Source of the DNA: Candidatus Kapaibacterium sp.
GTDB lineage: Bacteria; Bacteroidota; Ignavibacteria; Kapaibacteriales; Kapaibacteriaceae
Assembly: GCA_044224925.1 (NCBI GenBank)
Contig: JBGAJM010000002.1
Coordinates: 78,332-142,331, forward strand
Direction of reading: 5' to 3'
DNA: 64,000 bases
A program made the position numbers and the translations under genes. The notes beneath the pieces were generated by a model. It saw only the letters and a program-made list of their open reading frames with translations, had not been told where the DNA came from and made no database searches. This document shows positions 54,201 to 60,452 of this stretch, one piece after another (the first letter of the stretch is position 1; each line of letters starts with the position of its first letter).

Positions 54201-56562
54201 TAACAACTACCGTCGCAGCACCCGTATTTGGCCACTGGACGATCACTTGCGTGATGCCAACACCATTGACGGAGTTCGTAGGAGCTACAGCACCAAAGTT
54301 CGTTGCAACGATCTGACCACCATTGTTCACCGTCCATGTATACGTGTTCAGTGCGTTTGGAACGTTCACTGTGTACGAGAACTGGAGCGGGTTCGGTGTC
54401 GTCTGATACGTTGGGTTCGTTCCGGATGGCGCGATGAACTGACATGGCGTGTTCGAACCATTCACAACAGGAGCCGGGTTGGCTTGAACTGTTTGCGTCA
54501 GGTTGTGTGTATACGCTACCGAGCAACCGGCACCGGTCGTCTCAGTGATCGTGATCGACTTAGAGCCTGGTGAGAGCCATGAGATCACCATCGACGTCTT
54601 GTTCAACGTTGGCGTACCGGGGATGTATGCCGCATCTGCACCGGCGAACGTGCCGCCTGCGCTGAGCGTCCATGCGTACGAGTTACCAACCACACCACCA
54701 ACAACACTATAGGTTACATTCTGACCTACACACGGCGTTGCATCGCCTTCCGTCAATGGAAGCTTTGCGACCGGCATTGGGTTCACCGTGATCGCATACG
54801 TGATCGGACCCGAAGAGCAAAGTGCTCCAGGACCGGTCGTGGCGATCAATTGAAGTGTAGCAACAACCGGAGCAGATGGCTGCTGCAGTGTTCCCCATGT
54901 GATGTTCGTGTTCGAACCGCTCGGTGCCGTCACTGCAGATCCTGCAGGAGCACCGGAGAGGGTCCAGTTATACGTAATGCCGGCACCTGCACCACTGAAT
55001 GTGTATGGTCCCGAAGAACCGGTAGCACATTGTGGCGTTGGACCAGCAATAACGCCGGATGGCGTCAAGAAGATCGTGATCGTTTTGTTGCTCGTGACCG
55101 AACAGTTTGTCGGTGCAGGTCCAATTTCTTGGGCCGAGACATTCCAGTTCGAACCACCGAGTGTACCGCCACCAGGGAAGTTGATCGAAGCGCTCAAGTT
55201 CTGACCGCCCGATGGAGTGACGATGGCACCAGGTGCCGTCGTGGCCCAAAGGAACGTAGAACCTGGTACTGTAGCAGCTACTGTGAAGTTCTGTGTTGAA
55301 CCTTGACAAAGATTCGTTGGGCCACCGATCGTCTGGGCCACTGGCACAAGGTTGACCGTGATCACTTGAACATTGCTACGGATCTGCTCACAGTTACTAC
55401 CGAACTGAACGATGGCAGCATACCGCGTGGTAGCCGAGATCGCCGTTGCCGGGAGAAGAACTGGTGAGCCACCAACAATGGCATTCACATAGGAGTCGTC
55501 ACCTTGAGCAGCACCGTTGATATCGTAGGTATCGATGATACCGTTCGTTCCAACGTTGACAAGTCGAGCTGAATATGCTTGCGGACCACCGGCAACCGGA
55601 TCCCATGTCCAGGCTGTGTTCATCACACCACCGTTGGCAACTGCCGGACCACCGACTGGAACCTGACCGTTCGCCCATGTTGCATTATTATGTGCACCAG
55701 GAGCAATGGCGGGGTAGGCAGGAGCATTGCCGCACAAGTTCTCGATACCAATGGTGTGGTTACGTGCAGGGATGACGCCTGGATCAGGGAAGTCCTGAAG
55801 GCGTACTTCGATGCGGTTTGGCGTAAGAGCGTGCGTCGAACCGTACAGGATGACCTGAACAGTTACTTGATTGTATGGGTAGACAAGATTCGGATTGTAT
55901 TGCGACACTCCACGGAACGTGACAACGAGAGCGTTGTTCACTGCACCGACACCGTTCACCGGCTGAATGTCCCAATCCACATCGTCAGCGGCCTGTGGGT
56001 CGATGTCGATGTTGAGGAAGTAGATCGCATGGTTCGGACCAGCAGCGGCTGGGATGTTCTGAGCCACGATCCCCGTCTCTGTGAGTTCGTTGTTGTTCAA
56101 CGGATTGCCATCGCTGAAGCGAATGAATCCGTTCGAACTCACATAGATACCTTCTGCGGCAAGGTTGTGCGTCGATCCGTAATAGACAAAGTCGAAGCCA
56201 CCGGCTTCCTCTGCCGTGATCTCAGCCGCCGTGATGAGTCGAACTTCGTCAGCACCGAAGGGGTTACCTACGACGTTGATGTTGTTCGCATTCCCGGCGC
56301 CGCCCTCTTCGGCCTCGAGGCCGGGCCAAGCCGGATTGGCCACATTATATGTGGTGATTGCAGGTATTCCCGCAACGGCTAATGTCAACGTCGGCGCAGT
56401 CCCGGAGCATACTACCCCTGGTACATGCGATAACGTTGCCGTTTGGGCAACACCCGCAGACACGCCGACTGTCAACAATACAAGGAAGGTCGCGAGCAGG
56501 CTTCGCCAGCTTAGCGCCCCTTGATGTTGACGGAACGTTGTCGCGGAATCAGAACGATTCAT
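45220..56562 (-). CDS. giant (3780 aa) repetitive cell-surface protein: NIDO-like N-terminal region, dozens of Ig/PKD-like modules, T9SS C-terminal sorting domain
   Basis: A single uninterrupted frame. The ATG at 56562 is preceded by GGAGG with a 5-nt spacer, then a signal-like SLLATFLVLLTVGVSAGVAQ. The C-terminus LEIFPNPTNGMFTV...GVYNVVVTT...VRLVRQ is a classical T9SS CTD. Confidence 0.85.
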   Translation of the reverse strand: MNRSDSATTFRQHQGALSWRSLLATFLVLLTVGVSAGVAQTATLSHVPGVVCSGTAPTLTLAVAGIPAITTYNVANPAWPGLEAEEGGAGNANNINVVGNPFGADEVRLITAAEITAEEAGGFDFVYYGSTHNLAAEGIYVSSNGFIRFSDGNPLNNNELTETGIVAQNIPAAAGPNHAIYFLNIDIDPQAADDVDWDIQPVNGVGAVNNALVVTFRGVSQYNPNLVYPYNQVTVQVILYGSTHALTPNRIEVRLQDFPDPGVIPARNHTIGIENLCGNAPAYPAIAPGAHNNATWANGQVPVGGPAVANGGVMNTAWTWDPVAGGPQAYSARLVNVGTNGIIDTYDINGAAQGDDSYVNAIVGGSPVLLPATAISATTRYAAIVQFGSNCEQIRSNVQVITVNLVPVAQTIGGPTNLCQGSTQNFTVAATVPGSTFLWATTAPGAIVTPSGGQNLSASINFPGGGTLGGSNWNVSAQEIGPAPTNCSVTSNKTITIFLTPSGVIAGPTPQCATGSSGPYTFSGAGAGITYNWTLSGAPAGSAVTAPSGSNTNITWGTLQQPSAPVVATLQLIATTGPGALCSSGPITYAITVNPMPVAKLPLTEGDATPCVGQNVTYSVVGGVVGNSYAWTLSAGGTFAGADAAYIPGTPTLNKTSMVISWLSPGSKSITITETTGAGCSVAYTHNLTQTVQANPAPVVNGSNTPCQFIAPSGTNPTYQTTPNPLQFSYTVNVPNALNTYTWTVNNGGQIVATNFGAVAPTNSVNGVGITQVIVQWPNTGAATVVVTEVTPATYSCSGTSTFNLTVQATPNAAAFTLTGPGIAPGTNPCANSTLNVYTVTLGADNHTFNIIGGTITASSGAFTASTTSFAGLGNFTVTWGAGTTGSISHEYANLAGCSAVETYTITIVPRPNGNISGPNAVCGGALNQNYTVVNNTVGGPISAHAWSITAGIGFVASSAGAATPTFTVNYNNSGTGVVTIQDVITGPAPSNCTTTLTYNVNVTQTPAAPTYNAGTLTPCAGATVVYTLNGTAGLTTTVTSVTNGTIVGANNFSGALGNITISWGLVPTGGAGSFQYQTQNGACVSGVTTTNVTINALPTVPVITITPNITTFCVSSPFPFLDVTSTSGAGIVSFAWSSTGGLTGVQSDVPAGAPINDRFTINNFGGVGTKVITVTATDGNGCTRSNTITLTIEANPTPVISGPNTACQELTDPALTPAGPFTFASSNVYSTPLVAGHYYSWTSSNGYIVAYSTNSGGTWTPIAATTTTGVSAILGASQVRVAWYGSTPGKIKVSELNGPVSPPSCQTTTLDYNVTLNVIPLAQTIGVTPQNICAGSTALLTQGSSQAGYTYRLEVSTNAGATWSAPGAVATQAGSGAALAWNIPASVLAYTAVAPNVTDYRFRVTAQTNGTFGTPAVNCGWYVVTPNAQIFVNPQPAVVTPAIVTTLSCQGDLTGIQVNVPSSETWVLYTLGRRQIRDFAGNPIVPGAFVSIPSSTLAGNGGTITLTDATFPAGGNPLLNADNYEYQVTGVTDMTLAPPPNIPCTTVMPTTVTTRVFALPAAQVVSFTANPTCWNQDVLVTLTGTQDGVTYEIRRNGLSMAPVVEVQGAVGGGPVSVWIPKLSVLASNPAAPTVVNFDVRARLRTVGGGVYARPTPASNCPFVFGATAVTVNPKPVANITGATTVCGPSNQVYTAGPSAVPATTTYDWLITGAPAGTTPTVANNTGLGTLNPLNVAWGVNNLSCNGVYNPVTATIRLIETNAFACADTTTRTITVNPTIADAAITSADGNSQACIYGGFESHLETYTLNRPVSCVFPVNTTFLWTMPTGAVSGVIRSGQNTNSIVAEWNTTGGTNIGVVTCVVTLPAGLGGCSTTYTFNETVYPLPQPVVNGPISVCQNQAGVIYTADVYPTDTYNWEVVGGLITSGAGLGTIASPATRSGLSLTSITVNWLDTPNNNAYVKLRQVSAAGCQNTTTRFVTVNPTPTPVVNGPDAVCDNRAYTYTTQNNAPSSSFSWSVIGNASITNGANTASATVQTTVAGSFTVTVTETILATNCSKSASKTVTIVTAPTPTITRTAPAGGTVGGACLNQTVTYTVSPIVAGRSYNWSAVNGTIVSGQGTSSINVNWTVVGNGSVTLNEWVTATQCTTTVSQNVTVAGPPTPSINGPNTVCGLSVVTYSTQFVAGNTYAWSLPTNGVITAGAATNACTVTWNNPLPNVVNPATLSVTETNTLSGCSATANLNVSVYYKPVSPAITRVTGSPLNQACNNSTIQYQIPNNAGSNFLWTVTGGTITAGGSSNIVTVQWTSVGNQTLTVTETNGLNASCTGLSTLNVSVTYQPTPSISGNATTCTTNTDTYTTGNVAGSTYAWTLPSGGGTILSGAASNTITVNWTGAGARTVQVVETNGNCSATATLNVTVGQTPTATAILRLVPAGPIGSACVGSTITYATTLTAGNNYAWTVTGGSFSGSNSGVNVNTVNVVWNVVGTQTLTVVETTAGTNCSKTATQLVNVTYQPTPSISGAATTCTGNTETYSTGNVAGDTYAWTVSAGGTILTGAGSNSITVRWTANGPQTVSVLETATAGGCFASATLNVTVGQTPTLTAITRSSGSPLAQACAGSTVGYTTPNTPGNTYVWSVTGGTFVGASNGVNISVVNVTWNVLGNQTLTVVETTAGTNCSRTATQNVSVTYQPSPSISGNATTCTGNIESYTTANAAGSSYAWTITPSANGTILSGAASNTISVRWNNAGSATVSVLETSNPGGCFATANLVVSVGQTPTTTAIARTTPVGDVGKACVGQTIAYSTQNNAGNTYAWLATGGSITGASNTNTVNVLWNIIGTGTLRVTETTAGTNCSRTVVQNVDVTYTPTPVISGSTVACLNTIQTYSTPAVAGSTYLWSISASNSFAPVAGFPTSNSITVQWIQPGLQTITLTETASGGGCATTVTRQVQVNPIPTPSISSTTGYGSPVSQRPGLVCAGSTHVYTTFATPANVWNWVVTGGTIIGGQNTNSITVTWSTGAGGSVQVTETVPGSTCVTTVKDSIIIKPIPTPNITSATGGVPNVCANSVHTYTTPNVVGNSWVWTVTGGSIISGGGSNTITVQWGAAGPGTVAVTETVLGVTPVCATSTSRAITVNPNPNAPIITGPSPVCATNLNTTPQTINTATYSSNITSTPAAISTYTWSVSSNGQIVSNATTSIGVQWFNTTTVPQNGTVTLTHTNIFGCSTTSSISVTINPNPTPSISGPNSVCQNTIQSYGTPGVPGNTYAWTITGGIIRGGQGTPNVQVEWTLPGGGTLTVSERNTFNCTVLNTLNVTINQLPTARVTASGPTTFCQGGDVTLSAPLGFASYAWNTGETGRNIVANRTGLYWVVVTDNNGCSNSSDSIQVNVFPTTLPIITASGPRTFCEGGSVTLTAPAGFSIYRWSNGATTRSITVTTSGEYTVAIADTNGCTGTSTPVEVIVYAKPQPVLTTIGSTTVCSGDSVIVTAPAGYNSYTWSSSAGTNYGTARTIVVKQTDNITVSVVDINGCVGTSDTVKITLKPAISPVVTANGPLTFCEGNAVTLSAPTGFKSYYWSNGATTREITVTDGGKYTVTVTDNTRCEATSPDLNVKVNLLPARPTINRTGDTLKAISSVADAYQWYRNGTMITGATNQKLIVALPGTYRVEIMDDNTCSSMSQPFDVILTDVDYDVVAGHTNGLEIFPNPTNGMFTVSAITSEAGSVRIELFNLVGEKVLSVNDMAQGGQFKSTVDMGQLASGVYNVVVTTNNERWTVRLVRQ
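45700..55350 (-). repeat. coding tandem array of about 80-95-aa Ig/PKD-like modules inside the giant ORF
   Basis: The recurring pattern is ...C.G....Y.V....GS.Y.W.V.GG.I..G.G...I.V.W...G...V.V.E.....C.......V.V.P.P.I.G.... The last roughly 900 bp switch to the C.GGSVTL.AP.GF..Y.WSNG.T module. Confidence 0.75.
47938..49551 (-). repeat. exact 528-bp (176-codon) two-domain super-repeat, three full periods
   Basis: Codons for TY(Q/T)P(T/S)P(S/V)ISG occur at 47938-47967, 48466-48495, 48994-49023 and 49522-49551, each spaced exactly 528 bp. The intervening DNA is visibly alignable. Confidence 0.85.
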
Positions 56563-56567
56563 ACGAT

Positions 56568-56572
56568 CCTCC
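56568..56572 (-). promoter_or_regulatory. Shine-Dalgarno (GGAGG) of the giant ORF
   Basis: The minus strand reads GGAGGatcgtATG. Most other starts in the window lack such a purine tract. Confidence 0.6.
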
Positions 56573-57072
56573 GATGAAGTGTAACGATATATGGTTGTTT
56601 CGCTGACATGTTGATCCGATGGAACGACCGGAAACACGAATAGGCGCTCTTTGCGCCTTGTGTTCCCCGTCGGTGAAGTAGTTGCGTCCAGAAATTCAGT
56701 CCAATCGTACAGTGTTTTCATGCGCCCCTCACTTGTCGTTTGTGAAAAACACAAAACGACGCACGGCATCCCCACACGGGAATTCCGCTCGTAAAATTCG
56801 CGCCGCTAAAATATCGCTGCATGGAGTGATAACCAAACGGTTTTTTGGCACAGCCACCACCATGAACGCCTCCTGAAATGACCAAACAACGTGATTCACT
56901 GTGGAAAAAACACCACAGTGCCAACCCTTACCGATCTGCGTCGCGCGGAAGCTGACAATGTCTGCTCCACTGCGCCACACCCGCCGAAGCCGTTCAAAGC
57001 CGCCATTCAGCGTCATCCAGTGGTGGACAACGGGCCAATGGGACTTGTTCGGCAGAAGTCTGTTGTCAACTG

Positions 57073-58080
57073 TCATGCCAAGTTTTCCGACCTGGCCTTT
57101 TCAACGTAGCCCCAGAGTCTCTGAATGAGTTCGTCTATCCCTTCGCGACTCACGGCCGAGATGATCTTCGCACCCTTGCGCTTCACGATGGGCCGTTTCG
57201 CTAACTCCTTGCGTTCTTCCGGAGTTAGGACGTCGGCACGGGTCAGGTACACAAGAGATTCGCGCTTTGCAAGCGTGGGATCGTAGGCCTTGAGTTCCTT
57301 TCGCAGGGTGGCGAGGTCGCTCTCTGGGTCCGGACTCTGCGAATCGATCATGAAGACGAGGACCGAAGTACGCTCGATGTGACGTAAGAACTGAATTCCC
57401 AAGCCTTTACCGAGGTGCGCCCCTTCAATGAGCCCGGGTATGTCCGCTACAGTGTAGCTACGACTTTCACCCGCCCGTACCATGCCAAGATTCGGCACCA
57501 AGGTGGTGAAGTGATAGTCGGCGATCTTGGGCTTTGCGGCCGAGATGCTGGCGATCAGTGTTGACTTCCCAACATTCGGAAATCCAACAAGTCCAACATC
57601 TGCAAGGAGTTTCAGCTCAAGTTCCAAGTCCAGCTCGTCGCCCGGACGTCCCGGCTCCGCATTCCGCGGAGCTTGGTTCGTGGCCGTGGTGAACTCGGAG
57701 TTCCCCTTGCCGCCTCGCCCTCCATACGCAACGATGTAGGTCGCCCCATCGGCCTCGAGGTCCACAAGCTGTTCTCCGGACTCTTTGTTTCGTACCACGG
57801 TGCCAGTGGGGACGCGGATGATCACGTCCTCGCCGGACCTGCCGGTGCAGTTGCTGCTGCCGCCGGGCTGCCCGTTCCTGGCCTCGTAGATGCGCTTGTA
57901 GGTGAAATCGAGCAGGGTGCCGAGCTGATGGTCGGCCTTGATGACGATGTTCCCACCCTTGCCGCCATTCCCCCCATCGGGTCCGCCCAATGGAACGTAC
58001 TTCTCACGTCGGAAACTGACAATTCCGTTACCTCCGTCGCCAGCCTTGACGTGGATCGATGCTACATCTATGAAATTCAT
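57073..58080 (-). CDS. obg: GTPase ObgE/CgtA
   Basis: 335 aa with MNFIDVASIHVKAGDGGNG, the Gly-rich Obg fold, and G motifs GFPNVGKST and DIPGLIEGA. Confidence 0.95.
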   Translation of the reverse strand: MNFIDVASIHVKAGDGGNGIVSFRREKYVPLGGPDGGNGGKGGNIVIKADHQLGTLLDFTYKRIYEARNGQPGGSSNCTGRSGEDVIIRVPTGTVVRNKESGEQLVDLEADGATYIVAYGGRGGKGNSEFTTATNQAPRNAEPGRPGDELDLELELKLLADVGLVGFPNVGKSTLIASISAAKPKIADYHFTTLVPNLGMVRAGESRSYTVADIPGLIEGAHLGKGLGIQFLRHIERTSVLVFMIDSQSPDPESDLATLRKELKAYDPTLAKRESLVYLTRADVLTPEERKELAKRPIVKRKGAKIISAVSREGIDELIQRLWGYVEKARSENLA

Positions 58081-58084
58081 TGGG

Positions 58085-59371
58085 TTACGATACTATGAAC
58101 ACGCGGTGAAGTGCCTGGCAGAATTCCATGGCCACGGCTGAATTGGGTTCGATCCTATGCTCGGCAAAGAATCGATCGATCTTTCCTGCCGCCTCTTTCC
58201 AGTGATCGCTCTCGAGGACGGCGTCTACTACTGAGGAATAGATGGAAGTGTTCCCACCAAAAAGCTTTTTGATGACCTTGCCTTGCGTCCGCTCATCGAG
58301 GAGCGTCGCAAAACGGTCTCTGCGAAGACGTACGCGCTCTTCGTCGCCCTCGTCTTCCGTTGTGGACGGTTCCACTGCCGACGCTGGCTCTTCAAGGGGA
58401 AGGTCGGCCATGGGTTCGGCCACGGACTCGGCCATGGGCTCCTCCTCTTCCACGAGCTCTGGTTCCGGGGCCACCACGGGCTGCAGAACCACCGGGGGTG
58501 GGATGACCACCAGTTCGGGGACAGAAGGGGCAGGTGACGGCTCTACGTGGACGTATTCGACCGGTGCCGAGGGCATGCCACCCGCGTCGATCGAGACGAT
58601 GACCTCGTCGATCACTTCCAGCAACTTGGATCGGGTCAGGAACCGGAGGTCCTCCCGATACAACAAGCGCTCCAGCGATTGCGAGATCGGTACCGCTCCC
58701 TTGTCGTCAAGGTAGATGATCACAGCTTCGGTGGGCACGGCCTCGACGGGCAGGTCGGGGTTGTACGTGGCAAAGAACTCATACATGGGCTCCAAGAGCC
58801 GGACGAACTCACCTTGCGACAGATCGAGAATGGCGTCGTTGTCGATCTTCTCGACAATGCGCTCGAATTCGATCACACTGAGGATCTCGAAGGGCGTGTC
58901 GGAACCGCGTGTGCGTGCCCACTGCTCAAATCCATTGATCAGATATCGGTGGTCGTAGAGGTAGTTCAGCCGAAGGAGGATCTCTTGCAAGGGCTTCGTT
59001 GGCTCTCCGCGGAACACGAACCACTTCAGTGTGGTGCGGGGCCGACAGAGATAGTTCAGGCGCGTTTTGGCTGCCGCGTCGATGGTCGCATTGAGTTCTT
59101 CGTGATCGAATCGCGCATGTCGTGCATAGAGCCCGTCAAGCTCGCGAAACAGGTCGCGAAACTCCTGGTGCCCCGTCTCAAATCGCGGGTTCGACGTGCG
59201 TATCGCCTGCTCTTCATGCACCCACCACGCCACTTCAGCCTGAAAGAATGTCCGAAAGGCGGGATGGACGGCCTCGGCCGACATCACCGACTGCAACGAG
59301 ACATAGGGCTGCGGCGTCGCTAAATGCTGACGTAAGTGTTTACGTACGCGTTCAAGTTCCTTTTCAAACAT
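58085..59371 (-). CDS. hypothetical protein with acidic/proline-rich central linker
   Basis: About 428 aa with no TM segment and no family I recognise. It lies 4 nt upstream of obg on the same strand. I chose the ATG at 59371; a TTG lies at 59374. Confidence 0.55.
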   Translation of the reverse strand: MFEKELERVRKHLRQHLATPQPYVSLQSVMSAEAVHPAFRTFFQAEVAWWVHEEQAIRTSNPRFETGHQEFRDLFRELDGLYARHARFDHEELNATIDAAAKTRLNYLCRPRTTLKWFVFRGEPTKPLQEILLRLNYLYDHRYLINGFEQWARTRGSDTPFEILSVIEFERIVEKIDNDAILDLSQGEFVRLLEPMYEFFATYNPDLPVEAVPTEAVIIYLDDKGAVPISQSLERLLYREDLRFLTRSKLLEVIDEVIVSIDAGGMPSAPVEYVHVEPSPAPSVPELVVIPPPVVLQPVVAPEPELVEEEEPMAESVAEPMADLPLEEPASAVEPSTTEDEGDEERVRLRRDRFATLLDERTQGKVIKKLFGGNTSIYSSVVDAVLESDHWKEAAGKIDRFFAEHRIEPNSAVAMEFCQALHRVFIVS

Positions 59372-59418
59372 CAACGCATATTACGATGAAATCAGCTAGG
59401 GGCAAAGGTGGCAAGGCG

Positions 59419-59856
59419 TCAGTAGCCCGCTACTCCGCGTGCGGTCTGGGTGGGTTGGACGGTTTTCTTGACCCGTGCCTCCACCTTTTTCATGATCACG
59501 GGATCGATCGGTGTGGCCTCGGCAGGGGGCGTCACTTCACTGGGGATCACGAGCGACGGCACCGTTGGCACTTCATAGTTGGCCGGGATCTGTACCGGCT
59601 GTAGCTGGACATAGACGAAGTAGGCGATCGTACCCAGAACCCCTACGCCAAGCGAGCCAAAGAGAAGCGCCCGCATGCGACGCATTTGACGGCCTTGACG
59701 GATGATGATGTTCTCGAAGGACTCCGGAAGCACCACTTCCGGTAGTCGATTTAACGCCGCAAGGGCAAGGACAGCCTTTTCGAACTCATCCGTTGCTCGA
59801 ACTTGAGGGAGGTGCTCTCGTAAGAACGAGTCGCGGTCGAACGTGGGTGTGTTCAT
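59419..59856 (-). CDS. putative anti-sigma factor (single-pass membrane protein)
   Basis: 145 aa with one TM helix (LLFGSLGVGVLGTIAYFVYV). The start overlaps the ECF sigma stop as ATGA. The call rests on position and topology only. Confidence 0.5.
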   Translation of the reverse strand: MNTPTFDRDSFLREHLPQVRATDEFEKAVLALAALNRLPEVVLPESFENIIIRQGRQMRRMRALLFGSLGVGVLGTIAYFVYVQLQPVQIPANYEVPTVPSLVIPSEVTPPAEATPIDPVIMKKVEARVKKTVQPTQTARGVAGY

Positions 59857-60452
59857 TGTAGCTCTGGGTATAACTCGGCATACAGACCGCGCAACTGCTC
59901 CTGCAGTTGAGCACGGCCTCTGTTGATACGACTCTTCACGGTGCCAAGTTCCGTCTTCGTCACCTCTGAGATCTCTTCATAGCTCAATTGCTGCAGATCG
60001 CGCAGAATGATCATCTCGCGATACGTAGGAGAAACTTTCATGAGAGCAGATTGGATCGACTGAGCGATCGTGTTGTTGTCGACCCTGTCATCCGGTCGAT
60101 AGGTCTCATCCGGAATGTCCCACGACGGGTCTTCGTCGCTCTTGCGGAACGTTGTCTGCAGCGACGACCCGAACTTGCGTCGATATCGCTTCAGTTCTGA
60201 TTTTGAGAGGTTGGAGGCGATCGTGTACAACCATGTGGTGAACTTCACGTCGCCTGCGTACGTGTGGCCAAACCGATACACGCGCAGGAGGGTCTCCTGC
60301 GCGATGTCGATGGCATCGTCGTAGTTCCCAAGAAAGCGGAAGGCGAAGTTCGTGATGGGGTCCTTATGACGGCGCATGAGGAGGACGAAGGAGTGCTCGT
60401 CACCTTCGGTGAACTTCTTGATGAGTTCTTCATCCGATTGCTGCTGCTGCAT
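59853..60452 (-). CDS. RNA polymerase sigma factor, ECF (sigma-70 group 4) family
   Basis: 199 aa. The region 2 motif is DAIDIAQETLLRVY...FTTWLYTIASN. Region 4 reads LSYEEISEVTKTELGTVKSRINRGR. Confidence 0.85.
   Translation of the reverse strand: MQQQQSDEELIKKFTEGDEHSFVLLMRRHKDPITNFAFRFLGNYDDAIDIAQETLLRVYRFGHTYAGDVKFTTWLYTIASNLSKSELKRYRRKFGSSLQTTFRKSDEDPSWDIPDETYRPDDRVDNNTIAQSIQSALMKVSPTYREMIILRDLQQLSYEEISEVTKTELGTVKSRINRGRAQLQEQLRGLYAELYPELQ

Noticed and set aside
45700-55350. Possible CRISPR array or non-coding satellite, suggested by the strong periodicity.
   Set aside because: The repeats are 240-290 bp, in frame, contiguous and without unique spacers, and they translate into Ig-like modules within one ORF. 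No cas genes are present.
56563-57072. A tRNA or other structured housekeeping RNA in the long gap upstream of the giant ORF.
   Set aside because: I found no GTTCGAATC-like T-loop on either strand and no cloverleaf-compatible arms. The hairpins present are simple stem-loops.
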